From Fibrobacteria bacterium (GTDB lineage Bacteria > Fibrobacterota > Fibrobacteria > UBA5070), in the NCBI GenBank assembly GCA_035352895.1, contig DAOPYN010000013.1, forward strand, positions 6,361-70,360: a stretch of 64,000 nucleotides of DNA, in the 5' to 3' direction. Made by a program: the position numbers and the translations under genes. The notes under the pieces are model-generated. The model saw only the letters and a list, made by a program, of their open reading frames with translations. It was not told the DNA's origin and ran no database searches. Shown in pieces: positions 50,001-58,418 of this stretch. Each line of letters opens with the position of its first letter. Position 1 is the first letter of the stretch.

Positions 50001-52934
50001 CCCGCCAAGGACCAGGGCTCCGGTCAGGGAGAGACGGTCGTACCGCACGCCTGGTTTGGTGGTGCCTCCGAGCTGGATGCGCAAGCTGGAGCCGGAATCG
50101 CGCGACAGGTCCAAGGACTGGGCGGACAGCTGTCCCACGGAGTCGATCGGGCCCGGCGCGATCGCGCCTCCCCGCGCGGTGATGGAGCCTCCGATGCTTC
50201 CGCTACCGCAGAGGACCGCCCCGGAAGACACGGAAACCGCGCTCTGCGAGAGCGATCCGGCCACGCACAGGGTTCCGGAGCCGATCGTGGTCGGTCCGGT
50301 GAAGGTGCTTTGACCGCGAAGGGTCCAGGTGCCGGATCCGGTCTTCGCGAGGCCTCCGGTCTGGGTCGCCACCGGCGCATCGAGACGGCAGGCCCCGGCC
50401 GATCCCCCCAGCGTGAGGTTGTTGTTGTTCCCTCCGATCGCCGTCTGGCTGGTCAGCCGGATGGGGCCGGCGGTGGCCGCGATGGTGGCGTTGCCGGCAA
50501 GGGTCAGGGGGCCGGCGAAGTCGGCGGGGGTCGTCGCCCCGTTGACCAGGGCGCCATCGCCGCCCGGCCCGGAGCCCGAGATCGACAGGGGTTCGGTATC
50601 CGCGACGGTCTGGCCGTTGAGGTCCAGGGCTCCCGTTCCGGAGACGACCGTTCCTCCGGAGATGTCGCCGAGCGCCTTGGCGCTTCCCATCCGCAGGGTT
50701 CCTCCGGAGATGGAGAGGGAGCCTTGGAAGGTGTTGGCGCCCGCCAGGGTCTGGCGGCCTGCGCCGGACTTGGTGATCGCGATCTTCCCGACGATGCTCC
50801 CCGCGAAGGTCGTGTCGACATTTCCCGTCAATCCGAGCGTGCTCTGGGTCCCCGAATTGCGGATCGAGACGTTCCCGTTCGCGGAGGAGTGGATGGCCTG
50901 GAACACCTGGTTGTACCCGTCGAGGTCCAGGGTGGACGTGAAGGATTCGTGCGGTTGGGTCCAGACCGCGTTGGGGGGGATCCCGTTGGTCGCCCCCAGG
51001 CGGGCCGTTCCCTCGGCGAGCTCCATGTTGGTGGCTCCTCCGCCCCCCTTGTAGACGATGGTCCCCGAACGATGCCGGATGGTGGTGGCCGTGCCGCCCA
51101 TGTTCAACGCCCCGGAAAGGGTCAAGGTGCCGGAATTCCCCGCCGCGCCGGCGATGGTCCCGTCCCAGGCGCAGTTGGCGTTGACCGCCAGCGGGCCCGA
51201 CCATCCCGCGCTGGCTCCCGAATCCGGCATGAGCGCCCCGTTGCCCACGCCCGCGTCGCAGCTGGAGATGGTCAGCGGATTGGAGAACACCGTTCCGCTC
51301 CCCAGGAGGATCCGGCCCCCGTTTTCCATGATGACGTTTCCCGTCCCCAATCCTCCGGTGTTCTTCACCAGGGTGGTCCCCCCCTTGTGGGTGTACGACC
51401 ACATGCCGGAATTCGACAGGGAGATGGTCAGCTTCCCGTCGCCCGACTTGGAGATGCCTCCCGCGAGGTTGGAGGCGACCGTGGCGTCGGCGTTGGCCAC
51501 GATGGTCGGTGCCGATCCGGAAAGGTTCAGGGTGCCTCCGTTGAGGGTGTATCCGGAAGCGGTGAAGACCAGGGAGTCGGCCTGCATGGTGCCGTTGACG
51601 TTCACGGTCCAGTTCCCGTTCGACCCGGAGAACTCGGCCGTGTTCCCTCCGCCCGGCCAGGAGGACAGGGTCGTTCCGTTCTTTGTCCAGAAGTTGTCCG
51701 AGCCCCAGTTCCCGCCGCCGGCTTGGATCCCGGGGTTCGTGGAGACGTCCCAGGTGGTGCGTTCCGGGAGGTTGTTCACCGCGATGGGAAGGACGGATTC
51801 GATCCAGGCTCCCTGGGTGTCGGTGCTGCGCACGCGGATGGACAGGGATGGTCTGGTCTCGTAGTCGAGGATGGCCGCGGTGTTCAGGCTGAACCCGACG
51901 ATGGAAAAGAGGTTGTTGTCGGTGGAGCCGGTGCCCGAGACCAGGGTGTAGGCGAAGATGGTGCCGCCGTCCGGATCCGTCGTGGCGAAATCCCCGACGA
52001 TCGTTCCGGTGGGGAGGTTCTCGTCGACGCTGGACTTGGTCAGTTGGATGCCGGTGGGGCTCTCGTTGGATCGCAGGGCCCAGGTCGTGGCGTCCTGGAT
52101 GCCCGCGAAGTCGTCTCCGGAGGTCTGCTCCTCGATCGCTCCGGGGGCGATGCTCACGTAGAAGGAATTGTCCTTGGAGAAGGTGGTGGAGGGAACGAAC
52201 GTCAACTTGTCGGAGCCGGACGCGACCAGCGAAACGTCGTCGAACCAATAGGTCCCCGGGGTGGAAATGTTGAATCCGAAGGTATGGACGAGATTCGGCG
52301 TGGCGATGCCGGATATGGGCATGGACACCCGGGTCCATGCGTTCTGGGTCAGGCCGACCGCGCTCCTCCCCACGGCCCAGGTGAATTCCACTCCGCTGTT
52401 GGTCACCGGTTCCACCTTCGCGGAAGCCACGGTGGTATAGGCCCAGAACACGACGGAATCCATCGTCGACCAGTCCGGGCCCATCGGAGAGTAGAAGGCC
52501 TGCGCCTGGCTCCATTCCGCGTCCGTCGTGACCGAGAGCGATGCCTTCCCCGAGTGCGCGCGGGTGGTGTCGCGCGATCGCTTGGCCGCTCCGAAACCGG
52601 AGGCGAATTCCTCGGCCGATGCCTCGAACCCGTGCATGAGCGCGGCTCCTCCCACCGACACCGCTGGCGAGGAAACCGGGATGGTCTCCAACGGGGTGTT
52701 GTCGCCGACCCGGTGGATCGCGATGCTTCCGGTCCCGATCCGGACGGGTGCGGAGAAACAGACCTTGAAGGGTTGGCGCCCCACCACCATGCGGGCGTCC
52801 CGCGCGGGCCAGAAGTCCCGCACGGTCGGAGCCGCGCACCAGCAGGGCAGGGACGCCGCCAGCAGAGCGCACACGAGCGGTCGGCTCCGGCGATCGATGC
52901 CTCTGCCGTGTACATCCGGCGCAGCGTTGCCCAT
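47046..52934 (-). CDS. Giant secreted adhesin-like protein (~1962 aa): CBM-like jelly roll, cadherin-like repeat, PATR-type beta-helix repeats, Ig-like modules, T9SS/FlgD-Ig-like C-terminal domain
   Basis: Real start at MGNAAP (52934), with an AAGGGAGA RBS and a signal-like RRSRPLVCALLAASLPCWCAAP. YWFDDVSLV ends a CBM-like domain. A cadherin-like repeat is present (DENLPTGTIVGDFATTDPDGG...LDYETRPSLSIRVRSTD). Many G-T/S-rich repeats follow (KSGAGRQTLAGANTFQGSLSISGGTLRMG, KTGSGTWTLRGQSTFTGPTTIGSGTL), plus VNDPPRF modules. The C-terminal RVRIDAFDPRGRRLGNLVDEEMDPGSYG...WLVRR resembles a T9SS sorting domain. The 5' ~750 codons of track ORF 47046-55196 are rejected. Confidence 0.8.
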   Translation of the reverse strand: MGNAAPDVHGRGIDRRSRPLVCALLAASLPCWCAAPTVRDFWPARDARMVVGRQPFKVCFSAPVRIGTGSIAIHRVGDNTPLETIPVSSPAVSVGGAALMHGFEASAEEFASGFGAAKRSRDTTRAHSGKASLSVTTDAEWSQAQAFYSPMGPDWSTMDSVVFWAYTTVASAKVEPVTNSGVEFTWAVGRSAVGLTQNAWTRVSMPISGIATPNLVHTFGFNISTPGTYWFDDVSLVASGSDKLTFVPSTTFSKDNSFYVSIAPGAIEEQTSGDDFAGIQDATTWALRSNESPTGIQLTKSSVDENLPTGTIVGDFATTDPDGGTIFAYTLVSGTGSTDNNLFSIVGFSLNTAAILDYETRPSLSIRVRSTDTQGAWIESVLPIAVNNLPERTTWDVSTNPGIQAGGGNWGSDNFWTKNGTTLSSWPGGGNTAEFSGSNGNWTVNVNGTMQADSLVFTASGYTLNGGTLNLSGSAPTIVANADATVASNLAGGISKSGDGKLTISLSNSGMWSYTHKGGTTLVKNTGGLGTGNVIMENGGRILLGSGTVFSNPLTISSCDAGVGNGALMPDSGASAGWSGPLAVNANCAWDGTIAGAAGNSGTLTLSGALNMGGTATTIRHRSGTIVYKGGGGATNMELAEGTARLGATNGIPPNAVWTQPHESFTSTLDLDGYNQVFQAIHSSANGNVSIRNSGTQSTLGLTGNVDTTFAGSIVGKIAITKSGAGRQTLAGANTFQGSLSISGGTLRMGSAKALGDISGGTVVSGTGALDLNGQTVADTEPLSISGSGPGGDGALVNGATTPADFAGPLTLAGNATIAATAGPIRLTSQTAIGGNNNNLTLGGSAGACRLDAPVATQTGGLAKTGSGTWTLRGQSTFTGPTTIGSGTLCVAGSLSQSAVSVSSGAVLCGSGSIGGSITARGGAIAPGPIDSVGQLSAQSLDLSRDSGSSLRIQLGGTTKPGVRYDRLSLTGALVLGGKSILDLDLAGLSETGTAGGVAVAGSVSGQFATVRTRNNVHNLDVAVSYGSSQVDVIVSRKAPFFAKGASPTVREDAGPTTISGWATAISGGSGADGQRVGFSATNDHPSLFSAQPAISADGTLTFASQADSNGTATVRIRLGASDNPDSSEVDSFTISVRPVNDPPRFSKGTDPTAASDSLERIHAGWARSIEAGPADESLQKTAFRLTHTSPGLFAVQPSLSPEGTLRFTPLRGVTGNDTLYVRLGDDGGTSDGGIDSSAIDTFHIALRSLALELRPSTLKVLLGDTARFQAVLSRSDGSDSLLPGSVVDWGWTTDLGDLSSGKVLGMLAGTSRVFARFQGSVDSALLWVSELDTTLAPSTDSVMIRAGHGIRVSVPRHGTPLGVSVTVRDSSLSSRGIAGSDSAIVVSVEGPDTVRIRAPLTLVPDAKRRVGEIPSVYWMDTAGKVHLATSVAAGDFVVFPAWGIRSWWLGWDTVAPAVSAIHSTDSMGSVPVLIRWSASDNVAGLSRRLCLQKAGHAVSCRDLSGSITDTGLVLISRQDFPLGGRYWVEARDGRTVARTDTVDIVVHLDSLASPWKRTEDRYELLALPYLRGEGSAHASFRAQWGEDDPRHWRVFAADSGRLEDLLKGDSMDAWGRSFWVRTRGLPLTPWIARRWTLPMSRIVKIRLEPGWNAIGNPFGFDLSWKQIWRLAGSDSTSLSGPYLFDGPSQGWSIPDTTLRWGAWRGAAILNRSSKAMELQLSSVPDGPSGSGAWRARSLLSPPALRIGIQASQGGDGVSAIWAGLDKSSRSWELPPGPRSSLRASLHDPRTPATALLADIRVPSDSSTTWIVRLQGLTPRQPLILQSLRSGSDTLMEVWIHDDKSDRWLPLAETSEWAVGEEEERTFMILAGLPPGPRAPRPFSVGIRGAALAWSLPDRLGRCRVRIDAFDPRGRRLGNLVDEEMDPGSYGRPLRLSSPTGQVLLVLEAGGERISSRWLVRR

Positions 52935-52980
52935 CGAAGCGTTGGTCTCCCTTCCCGAAGTGGTCCCTGGTCGTCGAGAC

Positions 52981-53009
52981 ATTGTACCGCCCTCCGGGCC
53001 CGCGTTCCA
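52981..53009 (-). promoter_or_regulatory. sigma70-like promoter candidate for the giant adhesin gene
   Basis: The minus strand reads TGGAAC-N17-TACAAT. The -10 overlaps the upstream in-frame ATG (52982), which argues for the 52934 start. Confidence 0.3.
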
Positions 53010-53048
53010 GTGTTCCGCGAAAGGTGCTGGACGGGAAGGCATTCCCGC

Positions 53049-54542
53049 ATGCGCAGTGGTAAGATCGTGTCGGCCATGCATCCCATCGTCGTCATCGCCT
53101 TGCTCCACGGGGCCGGATCCACCGGAGGCCCGGAGGAAACTTCGCTTCTGATCCAGCAAGCCAGGGAACTGCTTTCGGGTGGCCATCCCGCCAAGGCGGA
53201 TGTCCTCCTGCGACGCGCCCGCAGCCAGGACTCCAACCAGACCCAGGTGGATCTGCTGCGCTCCCGATGTCGCGCCGCCTTGGGGCGTTGGGTTCCCGAG
53301 GATGGCGATTCGGATTGGATGGAGGGCGATGCCCGACTGGAGGTGGCAGCGCGGGAGCGGCCGGATTCGCTCTTCCGTCTGGCCCAGTCCCTGCTCCAAA
53401 AGGAGAATATCGCGCAAGCCGCGACGGTCTCCGGGGTCCTGGCTCGCGCGAACACCGCCTCGCCCGCCCACCTGAAGCTCGCCCAGGATCTGCGGCTGCG
53501 CCAGGAGGCTTTGATCGCGTTCCATGGCGATCTCGCCCGCCGCGCCCAATCCCGAGGGGATCTGGAGGAATCGGCGGTGCAATGGCGACTGGCCTGGACC
53601 GCCCGGCCCGAGGATGCGTTCCTGCGCGATCAGGTCCAGCGCTCCTACGAGGCGCGATCGGCGGCCATCGCCCAGTTGCGGACGGTCCTGTCGCGGGCCC
53701 TGGTGGCGAAGGAGGAAAGCATCGCCTACGAGATCGCCTCCAAGGCCCAGACCGCCTTTCCCGGCGTGGCTCCCTTCCGGAAGGTCTACGATTCCCTGAG
53801 GGTGTTCCGCGTCGCCGCGCGCGACGCGCGTCTGGAGCGGATCAACGCCATGGCAGACCAGGGCATGGAGGAAGAGGCCATGGAAGCCATGGATGTCCTG
53901 GTGAAGAGCGATCCGGAGGATCCCTCCCTGGAACTGGCCCAATCCCTCCTGCAAAGCCGTCTCCAGAAACGGCGCAAACGTCTCCAGACGGCGGAATTGG
54001 TGCGTTCCTGCGATGCGGCCGTGGCCGCGGGCGACGTGTTGCGCGCCAACGATGCGCTCGCCGAACTGCGTCGGCTCGGAGCCGACGGACTGGAGATCGA
54101 CCGTCTTCCCTCCAGGATCGATTCCTTGCGCTCCACCCGCAAGGCCATGGAAGCATTCGACGAAGTCATGCTCCAGGCGCGGGCGGCGTTGCGTTCGGGC
54201 GACGTCGCGGCGGCACGGGCCCACCTGCAGAAGGCCGCGATCCTCCAGCCCGCGAGCAACGTGGTCAAGGGGTTGATCGCCAACCTCAACCTGCCGCGGC
54301 CGACTACCGCTTCCGCCAAGATTCCCAGCGTCGCGCCTCCGCCTCCGCCGCCGACAGGTCTCAGCGCGGAGGATCTCCGCAGGTCCAAGGAGCTTCTCCT
54401 CGCCGGAGTGGCGGCCTACCGCGCGGGCGAATATCCCAGGGCGATCGAATCGTGGAAGAAGGTGCTGGAAATCGATACCGGTTGCGTGCAGGCGCGCAAG
54501 TACCTGGCCAACGTGGGCCTCAAGCAGACGAGGTTGAAATGA
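53049..54542 (+). CDS. All-alpha TPR-like/coiled protein with signal-like N-terminus (497 aa)
   Basis: In the terminal part of track ORF 49203-54542. GGAAGG lies 9 nt upstream of ATG 53049 (ATG 53076 is an alternative). N-terminus MRSGKIVSAMHPIVVIALLHGAGS. Has a PPPPPP linker and a C-terminal TPR (LLAGVAAYRAGEYPRAIESWKKVLEIDTGCVQARKYLA). Confidence 0.7.
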   Translation: MRSGKIVSAMHPIVVIALLHGAGSTGGPEETSLLIQQARELLSGGHPAKADVLLRRARSQDSNQTQVDLLRSRCRAALGRWVPEDGDSDWMEGDARLEVAARERPDSLFRLAQSLLQKENIAQAATVSGVLARANTASPAHLKLAQDLRLRQEALIAFHGDLARRAQSRGDLEESAVQWRLAWTARPEDAFLRDQVQRSYEARSAAIAQLRTVLSRALVAKEESIAYEIASKAQTAFPGVAPFRKVYDSLRVFRVAARDARLERINAMADQGMEEEAMEAMDVLVKSDPEDPSLELAQSLLQSRLQKRRKRLQTAELVRSCDAAVAAGDVLRANDALAELRRLGADGLEIDRLPSRIDSLRSTRKAMEAFDEVMLQARAALRSGDVAAARAHLQKAAILQPASNVVKGLIANLNLPRPTTASAKIPSVAPPPPPPTGLSAEDLRRSKELLLAGVAAYRAGEYPRAIESWKKVLEIDTGCVQARKYLANVGLKQTRLK

Positions 54543-56605
54543 TTCGCTGGATCTGGGGTTGGATCTGCCTGTTGTTGTACCAGGTGGCGACTTCAGGCGA
54601 AGTTGCCTGGCGTCGTGTTCCCTTCGAGCCTTCGCGCGGCATCGCCACGGCCATGGCCACGATTCCCGGCGGTACGGCGGTGGGGACCTCCGCGGGAGGG
54701 TTGCTCGTCCTGAAGGCCGGAAGCGGCAGACTCGAGTCCCTGACGGAAGCTGCATCGGGTCGGATTCGGAAGGTGCGCTCGCTGGCCTGGGGAGCGGGAG
54801 GTCTGTGGATCGTCTCGGACGGGGGACTCCATCGCTGGGATCCGTCCACCAGAAGTCTTGCCGCGATGGGTGTGGAACGGCCCGGCGGCCCCCCCGGGGA
54901 TGTCCGTCTGGTGGCCGTGGCCGAAGGTGTCGTCTGGCTCGCTTCGGATAGGAGCGTATGGTGCTTCCGGCCGGGCAGGCCGGACAGTTGGCGGGAATGG
55001 ATGTTGCCGATCCAGGACGTTCCAGGAGCGATCCTCCACGTGGGAACCCGGCTGATCCTGGGAATGGAAACCAAGGGGTTGCTGGTGCTGGACAGCGCTT
55101 CGGGAGTCTGGGTGCGCCTGGGAAGAGCCGAAGGGCTTTCCTCCGACCAGGTCGTGGGGCTGGAATGGGTGGGGGCCGAGGTCTTCGTGGCGACACCCGA
55201 GGGCCTGGACGTGTTCGATCTTTCCACCCAGAAGGTCCGGCCGGTCGTCGCGGGGGTGGGAGGGTCGTGGATGACCCAATCCAACGGGAACCTCCTGTTG
55301 GAAACCGAGGACGGTCTGGTCCGCATCGACGCCGCGGCGCGGAAGGTGGTTCCCGTCGTCCTGGCCGAGGGGGCCCGCGCGTCCGGATCCCTGATCGCGC
55401 GCGGCGAGCGCCTCACCGTGGCCGCGGGCTCGGAAATATTCGATCGACCGGAACCCACCCTCCTGGGCGACGAACCTCTCGTGCCCACCGCCAAGGGGTT
55501 CGGTCTGACCTTGCCCAGGATGCTGCCGGATCGGACCCGCCTGTCCGCTTTCCTGCGCATCCCCGAGTGGCCGGACGCGAAGGTTCCGCTGGAGGTGTCG
55601 CTGTCCGAAGACCGCAGACAGGCGCAGGTGTTCCTTCCCGAAGATGCCCGTGGTCGGGTCCAGGTGGACCTCGTGGCGATCGGTCAGGATTCGACGGTGG
55701 TCGAATACCGTTCCCTCGCGGGCAACGCCGATCGTTCCGCTCCGGTCCTGGCCCTGGAAGCCACGCGATCGGCGACGCGTGATTCCGTGTTGGAGATGCG
55801 GGGACGGGTTTCCGGGATGGGACCGCTCGTCCTGGTGCGACAACCGGGAGGTGTCGCCGTGGCCTTGGCGGCCGACGGATCCTTCCGGGAACGACTGCCG
55901 CTGCAGGCCGGAACCAACACCTTCCGCTGGGTCCTTTCCGACGCGTTGGGCAACGCCGTCGAACGCGGCGCATCGATCCGTCGGGATCTGATCGCTCCCC
56001 GCCTGGTTGCGCCTCCTCCCGACACCGTGACCGGGGATTTCGCCCGCGTGCGCCTGAAGCTGCAGGACGAAGGAATGGTGGCGGCCACGGTGCGGGGGCC
56101 CGGCCAGGCGAGGGTGGTGGTGTTCGATTCCTTCCTGGTGCTGGAGGCCCGCATGCTGGGGGCGGGGCCCAACCAGTTCGTGGTGACGGCGGTGGACGAG
56201 GCGGGGAACGGTTCGCGGGCGGTGGTCGGGGTGGTGAGGACGGCCGTCTCGCAGGACGCCCAGGCCAACTCCTGGGCCATCGACGGATTCCGTCCGTTCA
56301 GCAGGCCCGTATCCACCGATTCCACCGAGATGCGGCGGGGGGTGAGCGTGATCCGCTACTCCATGACCGAAGGCGAGACCCTCTGCGGTGTCGCCGAGCA
56401 GTTCTACGGCAGCCAGCTTTTGGCTCCGGTGCTCATCCAGTGGAACGGGTTCGCCGATTCCAGCCAATGGCGGCGCATGCCGGTGGGCACCTTGGTGGAC
56501 ATTCCCGTGTGGCGGGACGTCGACCACGAGAATCCCGACGTGAAGGGCATCCTGGAGAGTTTCCCGTGGGACCGCCTGCCCTTGGCGAGGAGGTACCGCA
56601 AGTGA
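54539..56605 (+). CDS. Envelope protein with regulator-propeller-like repeats, Ig-like region and C-terminal LysM domain (688 aa)
   Basis: ATGA overlap with the upstream gene. Signal/TM MIRWIWGWICLLLYQVATSG. Repeats resemble two-component-regulator propellers (GGLWIVSDGGLHRWDPSTRSL, VVWLASDRSVWCFRP, GLLVLDSASGVWVRL, VFVATPEGLDVFDLSTQKV). LysM-like C-terminus (IRYSMTEGETLCGVAEQFYG...WNGF...MPVGTLVDIP). Confidence 0.7.
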   Translation: MIRWIWGWICLLLYQVATSGEVAWRRVPFEPSRGIATAMATIPGGTAVGTSAGGLLVLKAGSGRLESLTEAASGRIRKVRSLAWGAGGLWIVSDGGLHRWDPSTRSLAAMGVERPGGPPGDVRLVAVAEGVVWLASDRSVWCFRPGRPDSWREWMLPIQDVPGAILHVGTRLILGMETKGLLVLDSASGVWVRLGRAEGLSSDQVVGLEWVGAEVFVATPEGLDVFDLSTQKVRPVVAGVGGSWMTQSNGNLLLETEDGLVRIDAAARKVVPVVLAEGARASGSLIARGERLTVAAGSEIFDRPEPTLLGDEPLVPTAKGFGLTLPRMLPDRTRLSAFLRIPEWPDAKVPLEVSLSEDRRQAQVFLPEDARGRVQVDLVAIGQDSTVVEYRSLAGNADRSAPVLALEATRSATRDSVLEMRGRVSGMGPLVLVRQPGGVAVALAADGSFRERLPLQAGTNTFRWVLSDALGNAVERGASIRRDLIAPRLVAPPPDTVTGDFARVRLKLQDEGMVAATVRGPGQARVVVFDSFLVLEARMLGAGPNQFVVTAVDEAGNGSRAVVGVVRTAVSQDAQANSWAIDGFRPFSRPVSTDSTEMRRGVSVIRYSMTEGETLCGVAEQFYGSQLLAPVLIQWNGFADSSQWRRMPVGTLVDIPVWRDVDHENPDVKGILESFPWDRLPLARRYRK

Positions 56606-57873
56606 GCACGCCCCGCCGGATCGGGATCCGGGTGCAGTTTTTGCTTCTTCTGGTCGCCGTATCCCTGGGGGTGGCTTCGGTGACGGCCATGATCGCGGCC
56701 TCCTCGCAGCGCGAATCCATGCTCCAGGAGCGCAAGCTGCGAGGTCTGACGGTGCTGCGCGCCTGGACCAGCCTCTGCCGGGAACGCGTCCTCAGCGACG
56801 AGACGGTGAACCTCTCCATGTGGGATTTCATCGACGAGCTGATGCACGGCGAACCCTCGGTGGTGGAGGTGTACCTGCAGGACACATCCGGGACCATCCT
56901 CATGCACAACCGCCAGGTCCTGGTGGGGACCCGGGGAGCCGTGGCGAATCCCGTCTCCGGAGGGGAGAGAGCCGGGCCGGGAGCGACGATCTGGTCCGAT
57001 TCCTCCGGACGCGTGCTGCGGATCCAACAGTCCATCGACGTCAATGGCAGGCATCTGGGGATCGCCGGAGTGGTGTTCTCGTCCGGTGGCATCGAGGAGG
57101 GCATCCAGGAGTCCGTCCACCGCATCTTCCTGTTCGCCGGCCTGATCGCCTTGGCGGGCGTGGTGTCGGCTTCCCTTCTGGTGTACCACGTCACGCGACC
57201 CGTGCACCTTCTGGTGGAGGGGGTCAAGCGATTTGGCGAGCGCTTCGATCCCGAGCGGCCCGAGACCGCCGACTTCCAGATCCGATTCCGTTCCTTCAAC
57301 GAGATCGGCGACGTGCGCGATTCGTTCAACGAGATGACCGCCGCGTTGCGTCGCACCATGGCCGAACGGAAGCTCCTGAAGGAGGAGTCAGGGTTCCTTC
57401 GGATGCAGGCCAAGACCGACGCGTTGACGGGGCTCTACAACAAGCGGCAGTTCGAGGAGGACTTCCCGGAACTGGTGGGGCTGTCCAAGCGCCGGAGGAG
57501 GCCGTTGTGCCTCCTGATGATGGACATGGATCGCTTCAAGCTCCTCAACGACACGCTGGGCCATGCCGCGGGGGATCGCGCCCTGAAGGACCTGGCCCAG
57601 TCCATCCGCGAGCGCACGCGCAACACGGAACGCGCCTACCGTCTGGGGGGCGACGAGTTCATGGTGCTGTCGGTGGGCACCGGGATGGAGGAGGCGCGGG
57701 CCATCGCCGAGCGCATCTCCGAGGCCTACCACGAACGCAAGGAGCAAGGCAATCCCTCGGACATTTCCGTGGGGATCGTGGAGTTCGACGGCCTGGCTTC
57801 CCCCGAGGAGCTCCTGAAGGCCGCCGATCGCGAGATGTATCGGGTCAAGCGGGACAGGAAGGCGCAGCGGTGA
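56602..57873 (+). CDS. Membrane sensor diguanylate cyclase (2 TM + periplasmic region + HAMP + GGDEF)
   Basis: GTGA overlap with the upstream gene. TM1 VQFLLLLVAVSLGVASVTAMIAA and TM2 IFLFAGLIALAGVVSASLLVY, HAMP-like linker, then the GGDEF domain (DALTGLYNKRQFEE, MDMDRFKLLNDTLGHAAGD, RLGGDEFMVL). Confidence 0.88.
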   Translation: MSTPRRIGIRVQFLLLLVAVSLGVASVTAMIAASSQRESMLQERKLRGLTVLRAWTSLCRERVLSDETVNLSMWDFIDELMHGEPSVVEVYLQDTSGTILMHNRQVLVGTRGAVANPVSGGERAGPGATIWSDSSGRVLRIQQSIDVNGRHLGIAGVVFSSGGIEEGIQESVHRIFLFAGLIALAGVVSASLLVYHVTRPVHLLVEGVKRFGERFDPERPETADFQIRFRSFNEIGDVRDSFNEMTAALRRTMAERKLLKEESGFLRMQAKTDALTGLYNKRQFEEDFPELVGLSKRRRRPLCLLMMDMDRFKLLNDTLGHAAGDRALKDLAQSIRERTRNTERAYRLGGDEFMVLSVGTGMEEARAIAERISEAYHERKEQGNPSDISVGIVEFDGLASPEELLKAADREMYRVKRDRKAQR

Positions 57874-58409
57874 ATCTCCCCGTCCTCCTCGCCGGCCTGG
57901 CCGGGTTCTTGTCGGATTCCGTCGAGTCCGAGTCCCGGCTGCGCGACCTGCGCTGGTCGGCCAGGCAGGACACCCTGCGGATCGAGTTCGATTTCGAAGG
58001 AGCGCGCCCCGCCAGGTTCCGCGTCGCCAATCCCGCGGGGGGCGGCGGGAAGCCTGGACTGGGGGTGGATTTCGAGGGCGTGCGCTGGCGGAAACGGTCC
58101 GGGGGGCTGCCCACCTGGATCCATGGCGGACCCACGGCCGATTCCAGCGGACTGTCCGTGAGGATCGACCTGCGTCGACCGTCCGTCTGGCGGGCGGTCT
58201 GGAGCGGCGATATCCTGGCGCTGGAGATGGTCGGTCGTCCGCGACCGGCCCTTTGGGCCGATCCGCGTGCATTGGGGGTCGCCGGCGTGGGGTTGGCGGC
58301 GGGAGCCACTGCGATCTGGTTGGCCAGCCAGGAAGAATCCAAGCCGGTGAAGCCGCCCGCCACCGACGACGGCATCATTCCGCCACCGGATTTCGGGTTT
58401 CCCAGGTGA
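57870..58409 (+). CDS. AMIN-domain-like protein with C-terminal TM segment (179 aa), hypothetical
   Basis: GTGA overlap with the GGDEF gene. The pattern LRIEFDFEG...FRV...GVDFEGV...LSVRIDLRRPSVWRAVWSGDILALEM resembles AMIN domains. Followed by the TM GVAGVGLAAGATAIWLA. Confidence 0.55.
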   Translation: MNLPVLLAGLAGFLSDSVESESRLRDLRWSARQDTLRIEFDFEGARPARFRVANPAGGGGKPGLGVDFEGVRWRKRSGGLPTWIHGGPTADSSGLSVRIDLRRPSVWRAVWSGDILALEMVGRPRPALWADPRALGVAGVGLAAGATAIWLASQEESKPVKPPATDDGIIPPPDFGFPR

Positions 58410-58418
58410 GGTGCCGCC

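Noticed and set aside
49203-53048. Upstream ~1280 codons of plus-strand track ORF 49203-54542
   Set aside because: This part is antisense to the giant adhesin gene. Only the last ~497 codons (from 53049) look like a real protein.
52935-55196. 5' ~750 codons of track ORF 47046-55196 (it would make a 2716-aa protein)
   Set aside because: This part is Pro/Arg-rich nonsense and lies antisense to the well-formed plus-strand TPR-like and propeller genes. A signal peptide, an RBS and a -10 box support the internal start at 52934.
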